Under the pieces are notes generated by a model. That model worked only from the letters and a program-made list of their open reading frames with translations. It had not been told where the DNA came from and ran no database searches. Source: Candidatus Saccharimonadota bacterium (GTDB taxonomy: Bacteria; Pseudomonadota; Gammaproteobacteria; Enterobacterales; Enterobacteriaceae). From it: DNA of 32,000 nt. Location of the stretch: NCBI RefSeq assembly GCF_000090965.1, contig NC_008513.1:384381-416380 (forward strand). Reading direction: 5' to 3'. Below are positions 16,938-28,047 of this stretch, in pieces; position 1 is the stretch's first letter, and every line of letters starts with the position of its first letter. The position numbers were made by a program, and so were the translations under genes.

Positions 16938-17279
16938 ATGAATAATACATTATTATTTAATCATGTATTTAAAAAAACATTATCTATTATAGATAATGAA
17001 TTAAACAGATTTGTTCAATATGTAGATATAGATTATATATACCAAAATAATATGATTAATATCATATTTGAAAATAAAAAAAGAATTATTATTAACGCGC
17101 AAGAATATTTAAATCAATTATGGATGGGTACATCAAAACAAGGATATCATTTTATATTTAAGAAAAAACAATGGATATGTATAAAAACAAAAAAAAAATT
17201 TAGAGATATTCTTAAAAAAGAATTTTTAAAACAAACTAATAAAAAAATTAATTTTTTAAAATTAAAAAAAATAAATTAA
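16938..17279 (+). CDS. cyaY: Frataxin homolog CyaY (iron-sulfur cluster assembly)
   Basis: The ORF-track frame starts at a TTG (16926). The ATG at 16938 gives 'MNNTLLFNHVF...', which aligns with E. coli 'MNDSEFHRLAD'. 'INIIFENKKRIIINAQEYLNQLWMGTSKQGYHFIFKKKQWIC' aligns with '[42 protein letters not shown]'. It is divergent from dapF as in E. coli. Confidence 0.85.
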   Translation: MNNTLLFNHVFKKTLSIIDNELNRFVQYVDIDYIYQNNMINIIFENKKRIIINAQEYLNQLWMGTSKQGYHFIFKKKQWICIKTKKKFRDILKKEFLKQTNKKINFLKLKKIN

Positions 17280-17291
17280 AAATAAATTTAA

Positions 17292-17365
17292 TCGGCGAAA
17301 GAGGATTTGAACCTTTGACCCCCTGGTCCCAAACCAGTTGCGCTACCAAGCTGCGCCATTCGCCG
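17292..17365 (-). tRNA. tRNA-Pro (anticodon TGG)
   Basis: The reverse complement CGGCGAATGGCGCAGCTTGGTAGCGCAACTGGTTTGGGACCAGGGGGTCAAAGGTTCAAATCCTCTTTCGCCGA is close to E. coli proM. The anticodon loop is TTTGGGA with G37. CCA is not encoded. Confidence 0.9.
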
Positions 17366-17425
17366 ATATGTATATAAATAAAATTAAATTTTATATAAAA
17401 AATTTTCTTAAAATTAATATTTTTG

Positions 17426-17499
17426 GGTGGTCAATGGGATTTGAACCCATGACCGCTGGAATCACAATCCAGAGCTTTACCAACTAAGCTATGACCACC
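17426..17499 (-). tRNA. tRNA-His (anticodon GTG) with encoded G-1
   Basis: The reverse complement GGTGGTCATAGCTTAGTTGGTAAAGCTCTGGATTGTGATTCCAGCGGTCATGGGTTCAAATCCCATTGACCACC is close to E. coli hisR. The extra 5' G pairs with C73. A full CCA is not encoded. Confidence 0.9.
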
Positions 17500-17535
17500 A
17501 AAATAAAATAAAAATTAACAAAAAAAATATAAAAT

Positions 17536-17610
17536 TGCGTCTGACAGGAATTGAACCTGAAACCTTTACTTTCGGAAAGTAATGCTCTATCCGTATTAAG
17601 CTACAGACGC
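17536..17610 (-). tRNA. tRNA-Arg (anticodon CCG)
   Basis: The reverse complement GCGTCTGTAGCTTAATACGGATAGAGCATTACTTTCCGAAAGTAAAGGTTTCAGGTTCAATTCCTGTCAGACGCA folds as a cloverleaf. The anticodon loop is TTCCGAA, and the T-arm is identical to the E. coli argX pattern. It is the first gene of an argX-hisR-proM-like cluster. Confidence 0.85.
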
Positions 17611-17825
17611 AAGAATTTATATATTTTCATAAAAAAAAATAAAAATATTTACTATATAAATAAATTTTATTATCTATTTATTATATATATAATAAAAAAA
17701 AAATCTAGTATTTATTTTTATTTATAAAAACAAAATTTAAAAAATTATATAAAAAGATTTTTAAATTAAATTATTTACATTTATTTTACATATTTAAAAA
17801 AAAATCTAGAAAAAAAATAAATATA

Positions 17826-19088
17826 TTATTTTGAACGTTTCATCATATTAAAAAATTCATTATTTGTTTTTGTCATGGACAATTTATTTATTAAAAACTC
17901 CATAGCATCAATTTCTCCCATAGGATGAATAATTTTTCGTAAAATCCACATTTTTTGTAGTTCTTCAGGAACAGTTAATAATTCTTCTCTTCGTGTACCA
18001 GAACGATTATAATCAATTGCAGGAAAAACACGCTTTTCTGCTATTTTTCTTGATAATGGTAATTCCATATTACCTGTACCTTTAAACTCTTCATAAATAA
18101 CCTCATCCATCTTAGAACCGGTATCTATTAAAGCAGTAGCTATAATTGTTAAACTACCACCTTCTTTAACATTACGCGCTGCACCAAAAAATCTTTTAGG
18201 ACGATGTAAAGCGTTAGCATCTACTCCTCCAGTTAAAACTTTCCCAGAAGCTGGAACAACAGTATTATATGCTCGTGCTAATCTAGTGATAGAATCTAAT
18301 AAAATAATTACATCTTTTTTATGTTCTACTAATCTTTTAGCACGTTCAATAACCATTTCTGCAACTTGTACATGACGTGATGCTGGTTCATCAAAAGTTG
18401 ATGCAACAACTTCACCATTTACTAATCTTTGCATTTCTGTCACTTCTTCTGGTCGTTCGTCAATTAATAAAACCATTAATACACAATCAGGATGATTATA
18501 TGCAATACTTTGAGCTATGTTTTGTAATAACATAGTTTTTCCAGCTTTAGGCGGAGCTACAATTAGTCCTCTTTGACCACGACCTATAGGTGAAGCTAGA
18601 TCTAAAACTCTGGCAGTTAAATCTTCTTTAGAACCATTTCCTCTTTCCATTTGTAATCTAGAGTTTGCATGTAAAGGAGTTAAATTCTCAAATAAAATTT
18701 TACTGCGAGCATTCTCAGGTTGATCATAATTTACTTTATTTACTTTTAATAAAGCAAAATAACGTTCTCCTTCCTTAGGAGGTCTAATTTTTCCAGAAAT
18801 TGTATCTCCCGTTCTTAAATTAAATCTACGAATCTGACTAGGAGAAACGTAAATATCGTCAGGTCCGGCTAAATATGAACTGTCAGATGATCGTAAAAAT
18901 CCAAATCCATCTTGTAAAATTTCTAAAACCCCATCTCCAAATATATCTTCTCCACTTTTTGAATGTTGCTTTAATATAGAAAAAATAATATCTTGTTTAC
19001 GCATGCGAGCTAAATTTTCAAGACCAATTTTTTCACCTAAAATAATAAGTTTTGAAACAGATGTATTTTTTAATTTGGTAAGATTCAT
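17826..19088 (-). CDS. rho: Transcription termination factor Rho
   Basis: 420-aa ORF, highly similar throughout to E. coli Rho (419 aa). '[15 protein letters not shown]', the RNA-binding 'GFGFLR' and Walker A '[14 protein letters not shown]' are present. It has the highest G+C I counted in the window (29/60 in line 18541-18600). Confidence 0.97.
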   Translation of the reverse strand: MNLTKLKNTSVSKLIILGEKIGLENLARMRKQDIIFSILKQHSKSGEDIFGDGVLEILQDGFGFLRSSDSSYLAGPDDIYVSPSQIRRFNLRTGDTISGKIRPPKEGERYFALLKVNKVNYDQPENARSKILFENLTPLHANSRLQMERGNGSKEDLTARVLDLASPIGRGQRGLIVAPPKAGKTMLLQNIAQSIAYNHPDCVLMVLLIDERPEEVTEMQRLVNGEVVASTFDEPASRHVQVAEMVIERAKRLVEHKKDVIILLDSITRLARAYNTVVPASGKVLTGGVDANALHRPKRFFGAARNVKEGGSLTIIATALIDTGSKMDEVIYEEFKGTGNMELPLSRKIAEKRVFPAIDYNRSGTRREELLTVPEELQKMWILRKIIHPMGEIDAMEFLINKLSMTKTNNEFFNMMKRSK

Positions 19089-19319
19089 AATAGTGAATTT
19101 CTCAATCTATTTGGAGAAAACTATAAAATGTTTCATATAAGAATAATAACTTAAAATTGCATATTTATTAAAATATTAAAAATATTAAATTAATAAATAC
19201 TTCATATTTCATATAATAATCATCATTAATAATAAATTATTAGTAATTTAAATATAAAAAAAAAATTGATTAAATATATTTTTGTATTAATAAATTATTT
19301 TAAAAATAAAAATATATTC

Positions 19320-19655
19320 TTAAGTAACTATTTTTTTATCTAAAAAATTTTTTAATTCTACTTTTGTAATTAAACCTATTTTAGTACCTATAATTTTTTT
19401 TTTATTAAATAACAATAATGCGGGAATACCTTTAATAGAAAATTTAATAGGTATATTTTTATTTATATCAATATTAATTTTTCCTATAAAAATTTTTTTG
19501 TAATATTCATGTGCTATCTCTTCTAATATTGGTGATAAAATTTTACATGGACCACACCAATCAGCCCAAAAATCAACCAAAAAAAATTTTTTAGAAAAAA
19601 AAACTTTTTTTTCAAAATTTTGATCTGTTAATTCAATAATTTTAGTAACCTTCAT
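19320..19655 (-). CDS. trxA: Thioredoxin 1
   Basis: 111-aa ORF with the active site 'FWADWCGPCK'. 'GIKGIPALLLF' is present. It lies upstream of rho as in E. coli. Confidence 0.9.
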   Translation of the reverse strand: MKVTKIIELTDQNFEKKVFFSKKFFLVDFWADWCGPCKILSPILEEIAHEYYKKIFIGKINIDINKNIPIKFSIKGIPALLLFNKKKIIGTKIGLITKVELKNFLDKKIVT

Positions 19656-19795
19656 AAATATCCTAATATATTATATTAATCATAAAATTATCAAAAATTT
19701 AATACATTTAAATATTATTTCATTATTTTAATAATATAAAATAATTAAATTACTAAATGCACTAATTTCTTAAAATATTATTTAAAATATTTATT

Positions 19796-21742
19796 TTAAA
19801 TAATATTTTTAATCCAAATAATTTCACGTTTTGGTAATTCGAATAAAAATCGACTCGGTTGTAAATGCATAATCATTCCAAATTTTCTTTTTTTTTTACA
19901 AAAACTAAGAAATAATTGACTTTTTGCTCTTGTAATACCTACATATAATAAACGACGTTCTTCAGTAATATTATTATCAAGAATACTTTTTTGATGAGGT
20001 AATGTACCTTCCTCCATTCCAATAATACATACCACAGGAAATTCTAATCCTTTTGAAGAATGTATAGTCATTAATTGCAATTTATCTAATCTTTTTTTTT
20101 TTGTATTAAATGATGAATAATCGAGATCACCACAAATAAAATGAATTAATATATCTTCTAATTTCATAGGAATATGGAAATCATTTCCGATTAACATTTT
20201 TTTTAACCATTTTGAAAAAAAAACTATATTTTTTTTTTTTTTTTTTATAATAACTGAATCAGTATAAAAATTTTGAATCCAAGAAAAATATTTTGTATCA
20301 CGAATAATATATTCTAATATTTTTTCAGGTTTTTTAGACAAAATTAAAGTTAATTTTAAAATCCATACAACAAAATTATTTAATGTATTAATAATATTTT
20401 TTCTTAATTGTAATTTCATACGATTATCTGTACTAGCTACAAATAAACTAATTTTATTATTTTTTGCAAATTTTTTTAATTTTGAAATAGTAATTAAACC
20501 AATTTTTCTATTAGGAACATTAATAATTCGTAGAAATGCAAAATCATCATTTTGATTAATTACTAAACGTAAATATGCTAATAAATCTTTAATTTCTAAC
20601 AAATCAAAAAAAGAACATCCAGAATGAATTAAATACGGAATATTTTGATAAATTAATTCTGTTTCTACTGCTCTAACTTGATAATTACTACGATATAAAA
20701 TAGCATAATCATTATATCTTCCTTGATATTTATTTTTATGAAATTTTATATATTGTATAATTTGTTGAGCTTCATGTATTTCATTCATTGATTTTAAAAT
20801 ATAAATTTTATTACCATAATCTAATTTTGAAAACAATTTTTTATGAAAAAAATTTATATTATGAGAAATTAATATATTAGCTACATGTAATATTCTTCCA
20901 GAAGAACGATAATTTTGTTCCATTTTTAAAATATTCAAATTTGGAAAATCATTTTTTAATAAATAAAATATCTTTGTTTCAGCACCTCTCCACGAATAAA
21001 TAGATTGATCATTATCACCCACTACGGTTAAATTAGAATTATATCCACATAATAATTTAATTAATTTATACTGACTACTATTAACATCTTGATATTCATC
21101 AATTAATAAATATTGAATTTTTTTTTGCCATTTTAATTGAATATTTATATTTTTTTTTAATAAATTTGTTGGCAAAAAAATTAAATCATGAAAATCTAAT
21201 ATATTATGTTCTTTTAAAAAAAATTCATACTTTTCATAAAAGAAAATACATTTTTCCTCTAACATTGATGAAATTTTTAAACGTGCTAATTTAGCATCTA
21301 ATAAATTATTTTTCCAAAAAGAAATTTGATATAACAACTGTTTTAAAAAAAATATATTATAATTTTTATCCAAATCAGATATAAAACTTTTTAAAAGCAG
21401 CAATTGTTCTTTTTCATCAAATAATGTGAAATTTTCAATTAATCCTAGAAATTTATATTCATTTCTAATAATTTTAAGTCCTAATGAATGAAAAGTAGAT
21501 ATTGAAATTTCTTTTATTTGTTTCATAGTTAATTGATTAACTAATCGTAATTTAATTTCTTTTGCAGCTTTATTAGTAAATGTAATTGCAAAAATTTTTT
21601 TAGGATTATAACCGTAAATTTTTATTAATACTATTATTTTATTTATTATAACGCTTGTTTTTCCTGAACCCGCACCTGCTAAAATTAAACATGGATTATT
21701 AATCAAATGAATAGCTTTTTTTTGAATTTTATTTAATATCAT
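19796..21742 (-). CDS. rep: ATP-dependent DNA helicase Rep (UvrD/Rep superfamily 1)
   Basis: 648-aa ORF with the SF1 motifs 'AGAGSGKTSV', 'TFTNKAAKE', 'LLIDEYQDVN', 'VVGDNDQSIYSWRG', 'EQNYRSS', 'TIHSSKGLEFP' and 'RRLLYVGITRA'. Its position next to ilvC matches the E. coli rep locus. Confidence 0.9.
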   Translation of the reverse strand: MILNKIQKKAIHLINNPCLILAGAGSGKTSVIINKIIVLIKIYGYNPKKIFAITFTNKAAKEIKLRLVNQLTMKQIKEISISTFHSLGLKIIRNEYKFLGLIENFTLFDEKEQLLLLKSFISDLDKNYNIFFLKQLLYQISFWKNNLLDAKLARLKISSMLEEKCIFFYEKYEFFLKEHNILDFHDLIFLPTNLLKKNINIQLKWQKKIQYLLIDEYQDVNSSQYKLIKLLCGYNSNLTVVGDNDQSIYSWRGAETKIFYLLKNDFPNLNILKMEQNYRSSGRILHVANILISHNINFFHKKLFSKLDYGNKIYILKSMNEIHEAQQIIQYIKFHKNKYQGRYNDYAILYRSNYQVRAVETELIYQNIPYLIHSGCSFFDLLEIKDLLAYLRLVINQNDDFAFLRIINVPNRKIGLITISKLKKFAKNNKISLFVASTDNRMKLQLRKNIINTLNNFVVWILKLTLILSKKPEKILEYIIRDTKYFSWIQNFYTDSVIIKKKKKNIVFFSKWLKKMLIGNDFHIPMKLEDILIHFICGDLDYSSFNTKKKRLDKLQLMTIHSSKGLEFPVVCIIGMEEGTLPHQKSILDNNITEERRLLYVGITRAKSQLFLSFCKKKRKFGMIMHLQPSRFLFELPKREIIWIKNII

Positions 21743-21858
21743 AAATATATTATCAGAATAATAATTTTTTAAAATTAAAATATAAAAAACATAAAAAATA
21801 AAAAAAATTTATAATAAAATTAATTTTTATTAAAAATAATATAAATAATTATATGTAA

Positions 21859-23331
21859 TTAGTTTTTACAATCATGCAATGCTGTACGTTTCATATTAGT
21901 CATATATAAACGCAATTTTTTTCCAATTCTTTCAATATGATGATTTTCTATCATATCATTTACATATAATAATTCTGAATTAGTAATATTTGTATCTCGA
22001 ATTGTTTCACCTAAATCATCACTATTAATAGATTTTAAAAATTTATTTAAAATTGAAATTGCTCTTTCAGAAAATAAATGACTTCCATATTCTGCAGTAT
22101 CAGATATAACAAGATTCATTTCATATAATCTTTTTCTAGAAATAGTATTTGCAATTAAAGGAAGTTCATGTAAAGATTCATAATATGCTGAAGCAGAAGT
22201 AATTCCAGTATTAATACATAGTTTCAAATCTTTTAACATAGCAGCCATTAATGTACATTTTTCAAAATATTCATGATCTAAAATTTTTCTATTAGAATAT
22301 AAATTAGAATTTTCAAAATGAGATTTCTTTAATTTCTTTCTCCAGTTATATAACTGAATATCAGAATTATTCCAATCAGCTATCATATTTTTGGAAAAAT
22401 CACCAGAAATAATATTATCCATATGTAAACAAAATAAAGGTCTTAATAAAGATTTTAATACTATAGATAATTTATATGCACGAATTTTAGATGAAATTGA
22501 TAATCTATTAAATAAAAGTGTTATTCCACCTTCTTTCATACATTCAGCTAATTTTTCCCAACCAAACTGTAACAAAGTCGCTGAAAAATCAGAACTATAT
22601 CCTTTTTCAATTAAATGATTAAAACAAACTAAAGAACAAGCTTGTAACATACCACATAAAATAGTTTGTTCACCCATTAAATCAGATTTAACTTCCGCAA
22701 TAAAAGAAGATTTTAATATTCCTGCTTTATGTGATCCTAATCCTGTAGCCCAGGCTTTAGCAATATCTAATCCTATTTTTTTAGGATCATTTTTTTTATG
22801 TACAGCAATTAATGTTGGAACACCGAAACCTTTTAAAAATTCTTTTCTAACTTCAGTACCCGGACATTTAGGTGCTACCATGATAACAGTAATATCAGAT
22901 CGAATTTCTTCTCCTATTTCTACAATATTAAAACCATGTGAATATCCTAAAACAGAATTTTTTTTCATTAATTTTTGTAATTTTTTTACTACAACAGAAT
23001 GTTGTTTGTCAGGAGTTAAATTAATTACTAAATCTGCACTAGGAACTAAATTTTCATATGTATCTACAAAAAATTTTTCTCTAATAGCATTTTTCCAAGA
23101 AATAGATTTATTTTCTATTGATTTTTTTCGTAAAGCATAAGTAACATTAAATCCAGAATCTCTTAAATTCAATCCTTGATTTAATCCTTGAGCTCCACAT
23201 CCTATTATAACAATTTTTTTGTTTTTTAATTTCTTTTTTGAATGTAGAAATTCATTTGAATTCATTAAAAAACCAGTATTTAATTCTATTAATTTTTCTC
23301 TAAAAGAAAGTTTATTAAAAAAATTTTTCAT
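21859..23331 (-). CDS. ilvC: Ketol-acid reductoisomerase (NADP+)
   Basis: 490-aa ORF against 491 aa in E. coli. '[19 protein letters not shown]', 'LTPDKQH', '[10 protein letters not shown]', '[12 protein letters not shown]', '[13 protein letters not shown]' and '[15 protein letters not shown]' are present. Confidence 0.95.
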   Translation of the reverse strand: MKNFFNKLSFREKLIELNTGFLMNSNEFLHSKKKLKNKKIVIIGCGAQGLNQGLNLRDSGFNVTYALRKKSIENKSISWKNAIREKFFVDTYENLVPSADLVINLTPDKQHSVVVKKLQKLMKKNSVLGYSHGFNIVEIGEEIRSDITVIMVAPKCPGTEVRKEFLKGFGVPTLIAVHKKNDPKKIGLDIAKAWATGLGSHKAGILKSSFIAEVKSDLMGEQTILCGMLQACSLVCFNHLIEKGYSSDFSATLLQFGWEKLAECMKEGGITLLFNRLSISSKIRAYKLSIVLKSLLRPLFCLHMDNIISGDFSKNMIADWNNSDIQLYNWRKKLKKSHFENSNLYSNRKILDHEYFEKCTLMAAMLKDLKLCINTGITSASAYYESLHELPLIANTISRKRLYEMNLVISDTAEYGSHLFSERAISILNKFLKSINSDDLGETIRDTNITNSELLYVNDMIENHHIERIGKKLRLYMTNMKRTALHDCKN

Positions 23332-23378
23332 ATAATTTGTCCTTTTGATAATGTAGAAAAATTTATATATTTAAAATA

Positions 23379-25232
23379 TTAAAAATTTATTTTATGTATA
23401 TTTCTTACTGCACCCTTATCTGCACTAGTTGCGAACATACTATAAATTTTTAAAGAATCAGAAATTTTTCTTAAACGTTTTTTTGGAGTATAAGCAAATA
23501 TACCTCTATTTTCTTCTTTTTCTTTTCTTTTTCTAATTTCATCAGAAGAAATTTTTAATTTTAAACTTCTATCAATTATATTTATATTAATAATGTCATT
23601 ATCATATACTAAAGCAATTAATCCTTTATTAGCTGCTTCAGGAGAAATATGTCCAATAGAAATCCCAGATGTTCCTCCTGAAAATCGACCATCAGTAATT
23701 AATGCACATTTTTTATCTAATCCCATTGATTTTAAGTATGTTGTAGGATACAACATTTCTTGCATTCCCGGACCTCCTTTTGGTCCTTCATAACGAATAA
23801 CAATTATATCACCGGATTTAATATAATTATTTAAAATAGCATATACTGCGTCTTCTTGACTTTCATATACTTTAGCTGGTCCTGAAAATATCTTACTACT
23901 TTGATTTGTTATTGCAGCTGTTTTTATTATACTACCATTTTTTGCTAAATTACCTGTTAATACAGCTAAACCACCATCTTTGCTATAAGCATATTTTTTT
24001 GAGCGAATACAACCACTTATTCGATCTTTATCTAATTTTTTCCATCGAAACGATTGTGAAAATGGATAAATTGTTTTTTTATTACCTGGTCCAGATGAAT
24101 AAAAAGAAATAATTTTTTTATCTTTTGTTTTTAAAATATCAAATTTATTTATTGTTTTTTCTAACGACATACGTAATATGTTTAATATTGAAGTATTTAA
24201 TAGATTAATTTTATTTAATTCAGATAAAATTCCAAAAACACCGCCAGCACGATGAAAATCTTCCATATAATATTTTGAACTACTAGGAGAAATTTTGCAT
24301 AAATGAGGAACTTTTCTAGATAAAAGATCAATATCAATCATTTTAAAATTAATATTTGCTTCATAAGCCATAGCTAATAAATGAAGAACAGTATTAGAAG
24401 ATCCACCCATAGAAATATCTAAAATAATAGCATTTTTTAAATTTTCTTTAGTAACAATACTTCTAGGTAATAAAGAAGAATCATTATTCTCATAATAATT
24501 TTTAGTATTCCTAACAATTATTTTTCCAGCTTTTAAAAAAAGATTTTTTCTATCAATATGAGTAGCTAGTAATGATCCATTTCCAGGAAAAGAAAGACCT
24601 AACACTTCAGTTAAACAATTCATAGAATTAGCTGTAAACATTCCTGAACATGATCCACAAGTTGGACATGCTGATTTTTCAATGTTTAATAATTTTTTAT
24701 TAGAAGTATTTTTATTAGCTCCATGCATCATAGCATCAACTAAATCAATTTTAATAATTTTTTCATTAACTAATATTTTTCCTGATTCCATAGGTCCACC
24801 GGAAACAAATACAGATGGAATATTTAATCGCAAAGCAGCTAATAACATGCCAGGTGTAATTTTATCGCAATTAGAAATACAAACCATAGCATCAACACAA
24901 TGTGCTTGAATCATATATTCAATAGAATCAGCAATTAACTCTCGAGAAGGTAAAGAATATAACATTCCAGAATGTCCCATAGCTATTCCATCATCTATTG
25001 CAATAGTGTTAAATTCTTTTGCAATTCCTCCTGATTTTTCAATTTCTTTAGAAACTAATTGACCTAACTCACGTAAATGAATATGACCTGGTACAAATTC
25101 TGTAAAAGAGTTAACAACGGCTATAATTGGTTTTCCAAAATCTGCATCTTTAACACCTGTTGCACGCCATAATGCTCGTGCTCCAGCCATATTTTTTCCA
25201 TTTATTGTTGTAAAAGAACGATATTTAGGCAT
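23379..25232 (-). CDS. ilvD: Dihydroxy-acid dehydratase
   Basis: 617-aa ORF. '[26 protein letters not shown]', 'CDKITPGML', '[17 protein letters not shown]' (Fe-S ligands) and '[14 protein letters not shown]' are present. Length is close to E. coli IlvD (616 aa). Confidence 0.95.
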   Translation of the reverse strand: MPKYRSFTTINGKNMAGARALWRATGVKDADFGKPIIAVVNSFTEFVPGHIHLRELGQLVSKEIEKSGGIAKEFNTIAIDDGIAMGHSGMLYSLPSRELIADSIEYMIQAHCVDAMVCISNCDKITPGMLLAALRLNIPSVFVSGGPMESGKILVNEKIIKIDLVDAMMHGANKNTSNKKLLNIEKSACPTCGSCSGMFTANSMNCLTEVLGLSFPGNGSLLATHIDRKNLFLKAGKIIVRNTKNYYENNDSSLLPRSIVTKENLKNAIILDISMGGSSNTVLHLLAMAYEANINFKMIDIDLLSRKVPHLCKISPSSSKYYMEDFHRAGGVFGILSELNKINLLNTSILNILRMSLEKTINKFDILKTKDKKIISFYSSGPGNKKTIYPFSQSFRWKKLDKDRISGCIRSKKYAYSKDGGLAVLTGNLAKNGSIIKTAAITNQSSKIFSGPAKVYESQEDAVYAILNNYIKSGDIIVIRYEGPKGGPGMQEMLYPTTYLKSMGLDKKCALITDGRFSGGTSGISIGHISPEAANKGLIALVYDNDIININIIDRSLKLKISSDEIRKRKEKEENRGIFAYTPKKRLRKISDSLKIYSMFATSADKGAVRNIHKINF

Positions 25233-25428
25233 TAAATTTACTCATTTTTAAATAAAATATTTTATAATAATTTTTTAAATAAATAAACTTTTAATTTATA
25301 AATATAAAATAACAAAAAATTTTATTTTCTATTGAATGATAATTATTGGTAAGATTTTCTACAAAAAACATTTAAAAATAAAAATATATTTATGTTTAAA
25401 AAATAAATATTCTTATATATTTTTTAAA

Positions 25429-25501
25429 CAGGGGTGGAGGGAATTGAACCCCCAACTTTCGGTTTTGGAGACCGATGCTCTACCAATTAAACTACACCCC
25501 T
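25429..25501 (-). tRNA. tRNA-Trp (anticodon CCA)
   Basis: The reverse complement AGGGGTGTAGTTTAATTGGTAGAGCATCGGTCTCCAAAACCGAAAGTTGGGGGTTCAATTCCCTCCACCCCTG is close to E. coli tRNA-Trp. The anticodon loop is CTCCAAA, so UGA is not reassigned. Confidence 0.92.
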
Positions 25502-25733
25502 ATAAAATATAACTACTAATATAGAAAAATCATAATATTTTATATAAAATTATTATACACCAGAGATTTAGAAAATTCAACTACACAAAATTTTCAATAT
25601 ATTTTATTTTTAAATTACAAAATATTTAAATTTTTAAAAAATTTCTAAATTAAATAAATATAATTATTATTATTATAATATAATATAAATTATATTATTT
25701 AAAATAAATATAATACATTTAAAGGTTATAAAA

Positions 25734-26942
25734 ATGAAATTTCCTATTTATTTAGATTATGCAGCTACAACACCTATGGATTCTAAAGTAAAAAAAAAAA
25801 TGAATCAATATTATTTAATTAATGATATTTTTGGAAATTCAGCATCTAGATCTCATCAATTTGGCTGGGAAGCAGAAGAAGCAGTAGATATTTCTAGAAA
25901 TGAAATTGCTAAGTTAATTAATGCAGATTCTAGAGAAATTATTTTTACTTCAGGAGCTACTGAATCTAACAATTTAGCTATTAAAGGAATTTATGAATTT
26001 CATAAAAAAAAAAACACACATATTATCACTAGTACTATAGAACATAAATCAGTACTAGATTGTTACCGATATTTAGAATATAAAGGATGTAATGTAACAT
26101 ATTTATCACCTAATAAATATGGAATTATTAAAATTAAACAAATAAAAAAAAACATTAATAAAAATACACTTTTAATTTCAATTATGCATGTTAATAATGA
26201 AATCGGATCTATTCAAAATATTAAAAAAATAGGAAAATTTTGTAGAAAAAAAAGAATTTTTTTTCATGTAGACGCTACTCAAAGTATTGGAAAAATCAAA
26301 ATTAATATGCAAAAACTAAAAATTGATTTATTATCTTTTTCTGCTCATAAAATATATGGACCTAAAGGAATTGGAGCTTTATACATTAGTAAAAAACCTC
26401 GTATTAGATTATCACCTCAAATCCATGGAGGAGGACAAGAAAGAGGATTTCGTTCAGGAACTTTACCAGTACATCAAATTGTTGGATTTGGTGAAGCATG
26501 TAGAATTTTAAGAAAAAATATGCATCATGATATAAAACATATGAAAAATTTACAAAAAATATTATGGAATGGACTAAAAAATATTGAAGAAATATATTTA
26601 AATAGTAATTTTAATTATTGTGTTTATAATATTATTAATATAAGTTTTAATTATATAGAAGGTGAATCATTACTAATGGCTTTAAAAAACTTAGCTGTTT
26701 CTTCAGGTTCAGCATGTACTTCACAAAGTTTAGAACCATCTTATGTATTAAAATCTATAGGAGTAAAAGATGAATTAGCTCATAGCTCAATTAGATTTTC
26801 TTTAGGAAGATTTACAACTTATCAAGAAATTGAATATGCTATAATAGAAATAAAAAAAGCAGTATTAAAATTAAGAAAATTATCTCCACTTTGGGAAATG
26901 TTTAAAGCAGGTATTAATATTGATTCTATTAATTGGAATTAA
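25734..26942 (+). CDS. iscS: Cysteine desulfurase IscS
   Basis: 402-aa ORF. '[14 protein letters not shown]' is present, along with the PLP lysine in '[14 protein letters not shown]' and the active-site loop 'SSGSACTS'. Length is 402 aa against 404 aa in E. coli. Confidence 0.95.
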   Translation: MKFPIYLDYAATTPMDSKVKKKMNQYYLINDIFGNSASRSHQFGWEAEEAVDISRNEIAKLINADSREIIFTSGATESNNLAIKGIYEFHKKKNTHIITSTIEHKSVLDCYRYLEYKGCNVTYLSPNKYGIIKIKQIKKNINKNTLLISIMHVNNEIGSIQNIKKIGKFCRKKRIFFHVDATQSIGKIKINMQKLKIDLLSFSAHKIYGPKGIGALYISKKPRIRLSPQIHGGGQERGFRSGTLPVHQIVGFGEACRILRKNMHHDIKHMKNLQKILWNGLKNIEEIYLNSNFNYCVYNIINISFNYIEGESLLMALKNLAVSSGSACTSQSLEPSYVLKSIGVKDELAHSSIRFSLGRFTTYQEIEYAIIEIKKAVLKLRKLSPLWEMFKAGINIDSINWN

Positions 26943-26964
26943 TTATTTATATAGGAAAAAAAAT

Positions 26965-27363
26965 ATGTCATATAGTAAAAAAGTAATTGATCATTATGAA
27001 AATCCAAGAAATGTAGGATCTTTTCCTGAAAAAGAAAATAATATTGGAACTAGTTTAGTAGGAGCTCCAGCATGCGGTGATGTTATGAAATTACAAATAA
27101 AAGTAGATCATAAAGAAAGAATAAAAGATGCGTGTTTTAAAACTTATGGATGTGGTTCTGCTATTGCATCTAGTTCATTAATGACAGAATGGGTAAAAGG
27201 AAAAACATTAAATCAAGCAAAAAAAATAAAAAATACTGATATTGCTAAAGAATTAGAATTACCACCTGTAAAAATTCATTGTTCTATCTTAGCAGAAGAT
27301 GCCATTAAAGCAGCAATAAAAAATTATTATCAAAAAAATAAAAAAACAAAAAAAAAAAAATAA
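26965..27363 (+). CDS. iscU: Iron-sulfur cluster scaffold protein IscU
   Basis: The ORF-track frame begins at 26920, inside iscS. The conserved protein starts at the ATG at 26965, with AGGA 8 nt upstream. 'MSYSKKVIDHYENPRNVGSF' is present. The ligand motifs 'GAPACGDVM', 'KTYGCGSAIAS' and 'LPPVKIHCSILAEDAIKAAI' are essentially identical to E. coli IscU. Confidence 0.95.
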   Translation: MSYSKKVIDHYENPRNVGSFPEKENNIGTSLVGAPACGDVMKLQIKVDHKERIKDACFKTYGCGSAIASSSLMTEWVKGKTLNQAKKIKNTDIAKELELPPVKIHCSILAEDAIKAAIKNYYQKNKKTKKKK

Positions 27364-27527
27364 AAAAAAAATTAGTGCCAGAAAATATATCTAATATTTC
27401 CTTAGCACTAATATAATTAATATATTTAAATAAAATACAATTAAAAATATTAATATATAATAAATTTATATTATTAAATTTAAATTTTTTCTAATTTTTC
27501 ATAATTTTTTTTATAAATAGGTTTATA

Positions 27528-28040
27528 ATGAATTACTTCAAATTATTTCAATTAAATCAAGAATTAAAAATAGATAAAAAAAAATTAAAAAAAAATTTTT
27601 ATATATTACAAAAAAAATATCATCCTGATTTAAACTTAAAAAAAAAAATAAAAAAAAAAGATCAATTATTAATATCAATAAAAATTAATCAAGGTTATAA
27701 TATATTAAAAAATAAATTTTCTAGGGCTAATCATTTATTAGATATAAATAAAAAAAAAAATTTTTATAAAAAAAATAATATTACAAAAAATAAAGATATT
27801 CTTATAGAAAAATTTAATTTATATGAAGAAATACAAAAAATAAAAAAAAAACCGAATCAATTAATTAAAATAAAAAATTTTATAAAAAAAATTAAAAAAA
27901 AAAAAAATTTATTATTTTTAAAATTTAATAAAAAAATCAAAGAAAAAAAAATTGAAAAAGCAAACAAAATTCTTTTTCATATATCTTTTATTTATAAAAT
28001 TCTAAATAAAGCAAAAAATTTTAAAAAAAAACTAAAATAG
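27528..28040 (+). CDS. hscB: Co-chaperone HscB (J-protein for Fe-S assembly)
   Basis: 170-aa ORF against 171 aa in E. coli. The J-domain start 'MNYFKLFQL' and 'LQKKYHPD' with the HPD tripeptide are present. It lies immediately upstream of hscA. It is extremely Lys-rich. Confidence 0.8.
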   Translation: MNYFKLFQLNQELKIDKKKLKKNFYILQKKYHPDLNLKKKIKKKDQLLISIKINQGYNILKNKFSRANHLLDINKKKNFYKKNNITKNKDILIEKFNLYEEIQKIKKKPNQLIKIKNFIKKIKKKKNLLFLKFNKKIKEKKIEKANKILFHISFIYKILNKAKNFKKKLK

Positions 28041-28047
28041 GTAAACA

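Noticed and set aside
22391-24909. Five small plus-strand ORFs (22391-22618, 22880-23140, 23593-23793, 23906-24112, 24682-24909)
   Set aside because: All lie antisense within the well-conserved ilvC and ilvD genes. They are products of the relatively stop-poor complementary frames of conserved genes.
26323-26511. 62-aa plus-strand ORF in an alternative frame inside iscS
   Set aside because: It is fully nested out of frame within the conserved iscS coding sequence and has no independent support.
26920-26964. 5' extensions of ORF-track frames: iscU from 26920, hslV from 11109 (TTG), cyaY from 16926 (TTG)
   Set aside because: The homologous protein N-termini begin at internal ATGs (26965, 11160, 16938). 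Each is preceded by a purine-rich Shine-Dalgarno-like element, and the extensions have no homology.
27371-27412. 8-bp inverted repeat ATTAGTGC...GCACTAAT with a 26-nt loop in the iscU-hscB spacer, considered as an attenuator or terminator
   Set aside because: The stem is short, the loop is long and no T-run follows. A rough estimate at this base composition suggests roughly one such 8-bp match with 3 G/C pairs is expected by chance in 32 kb.
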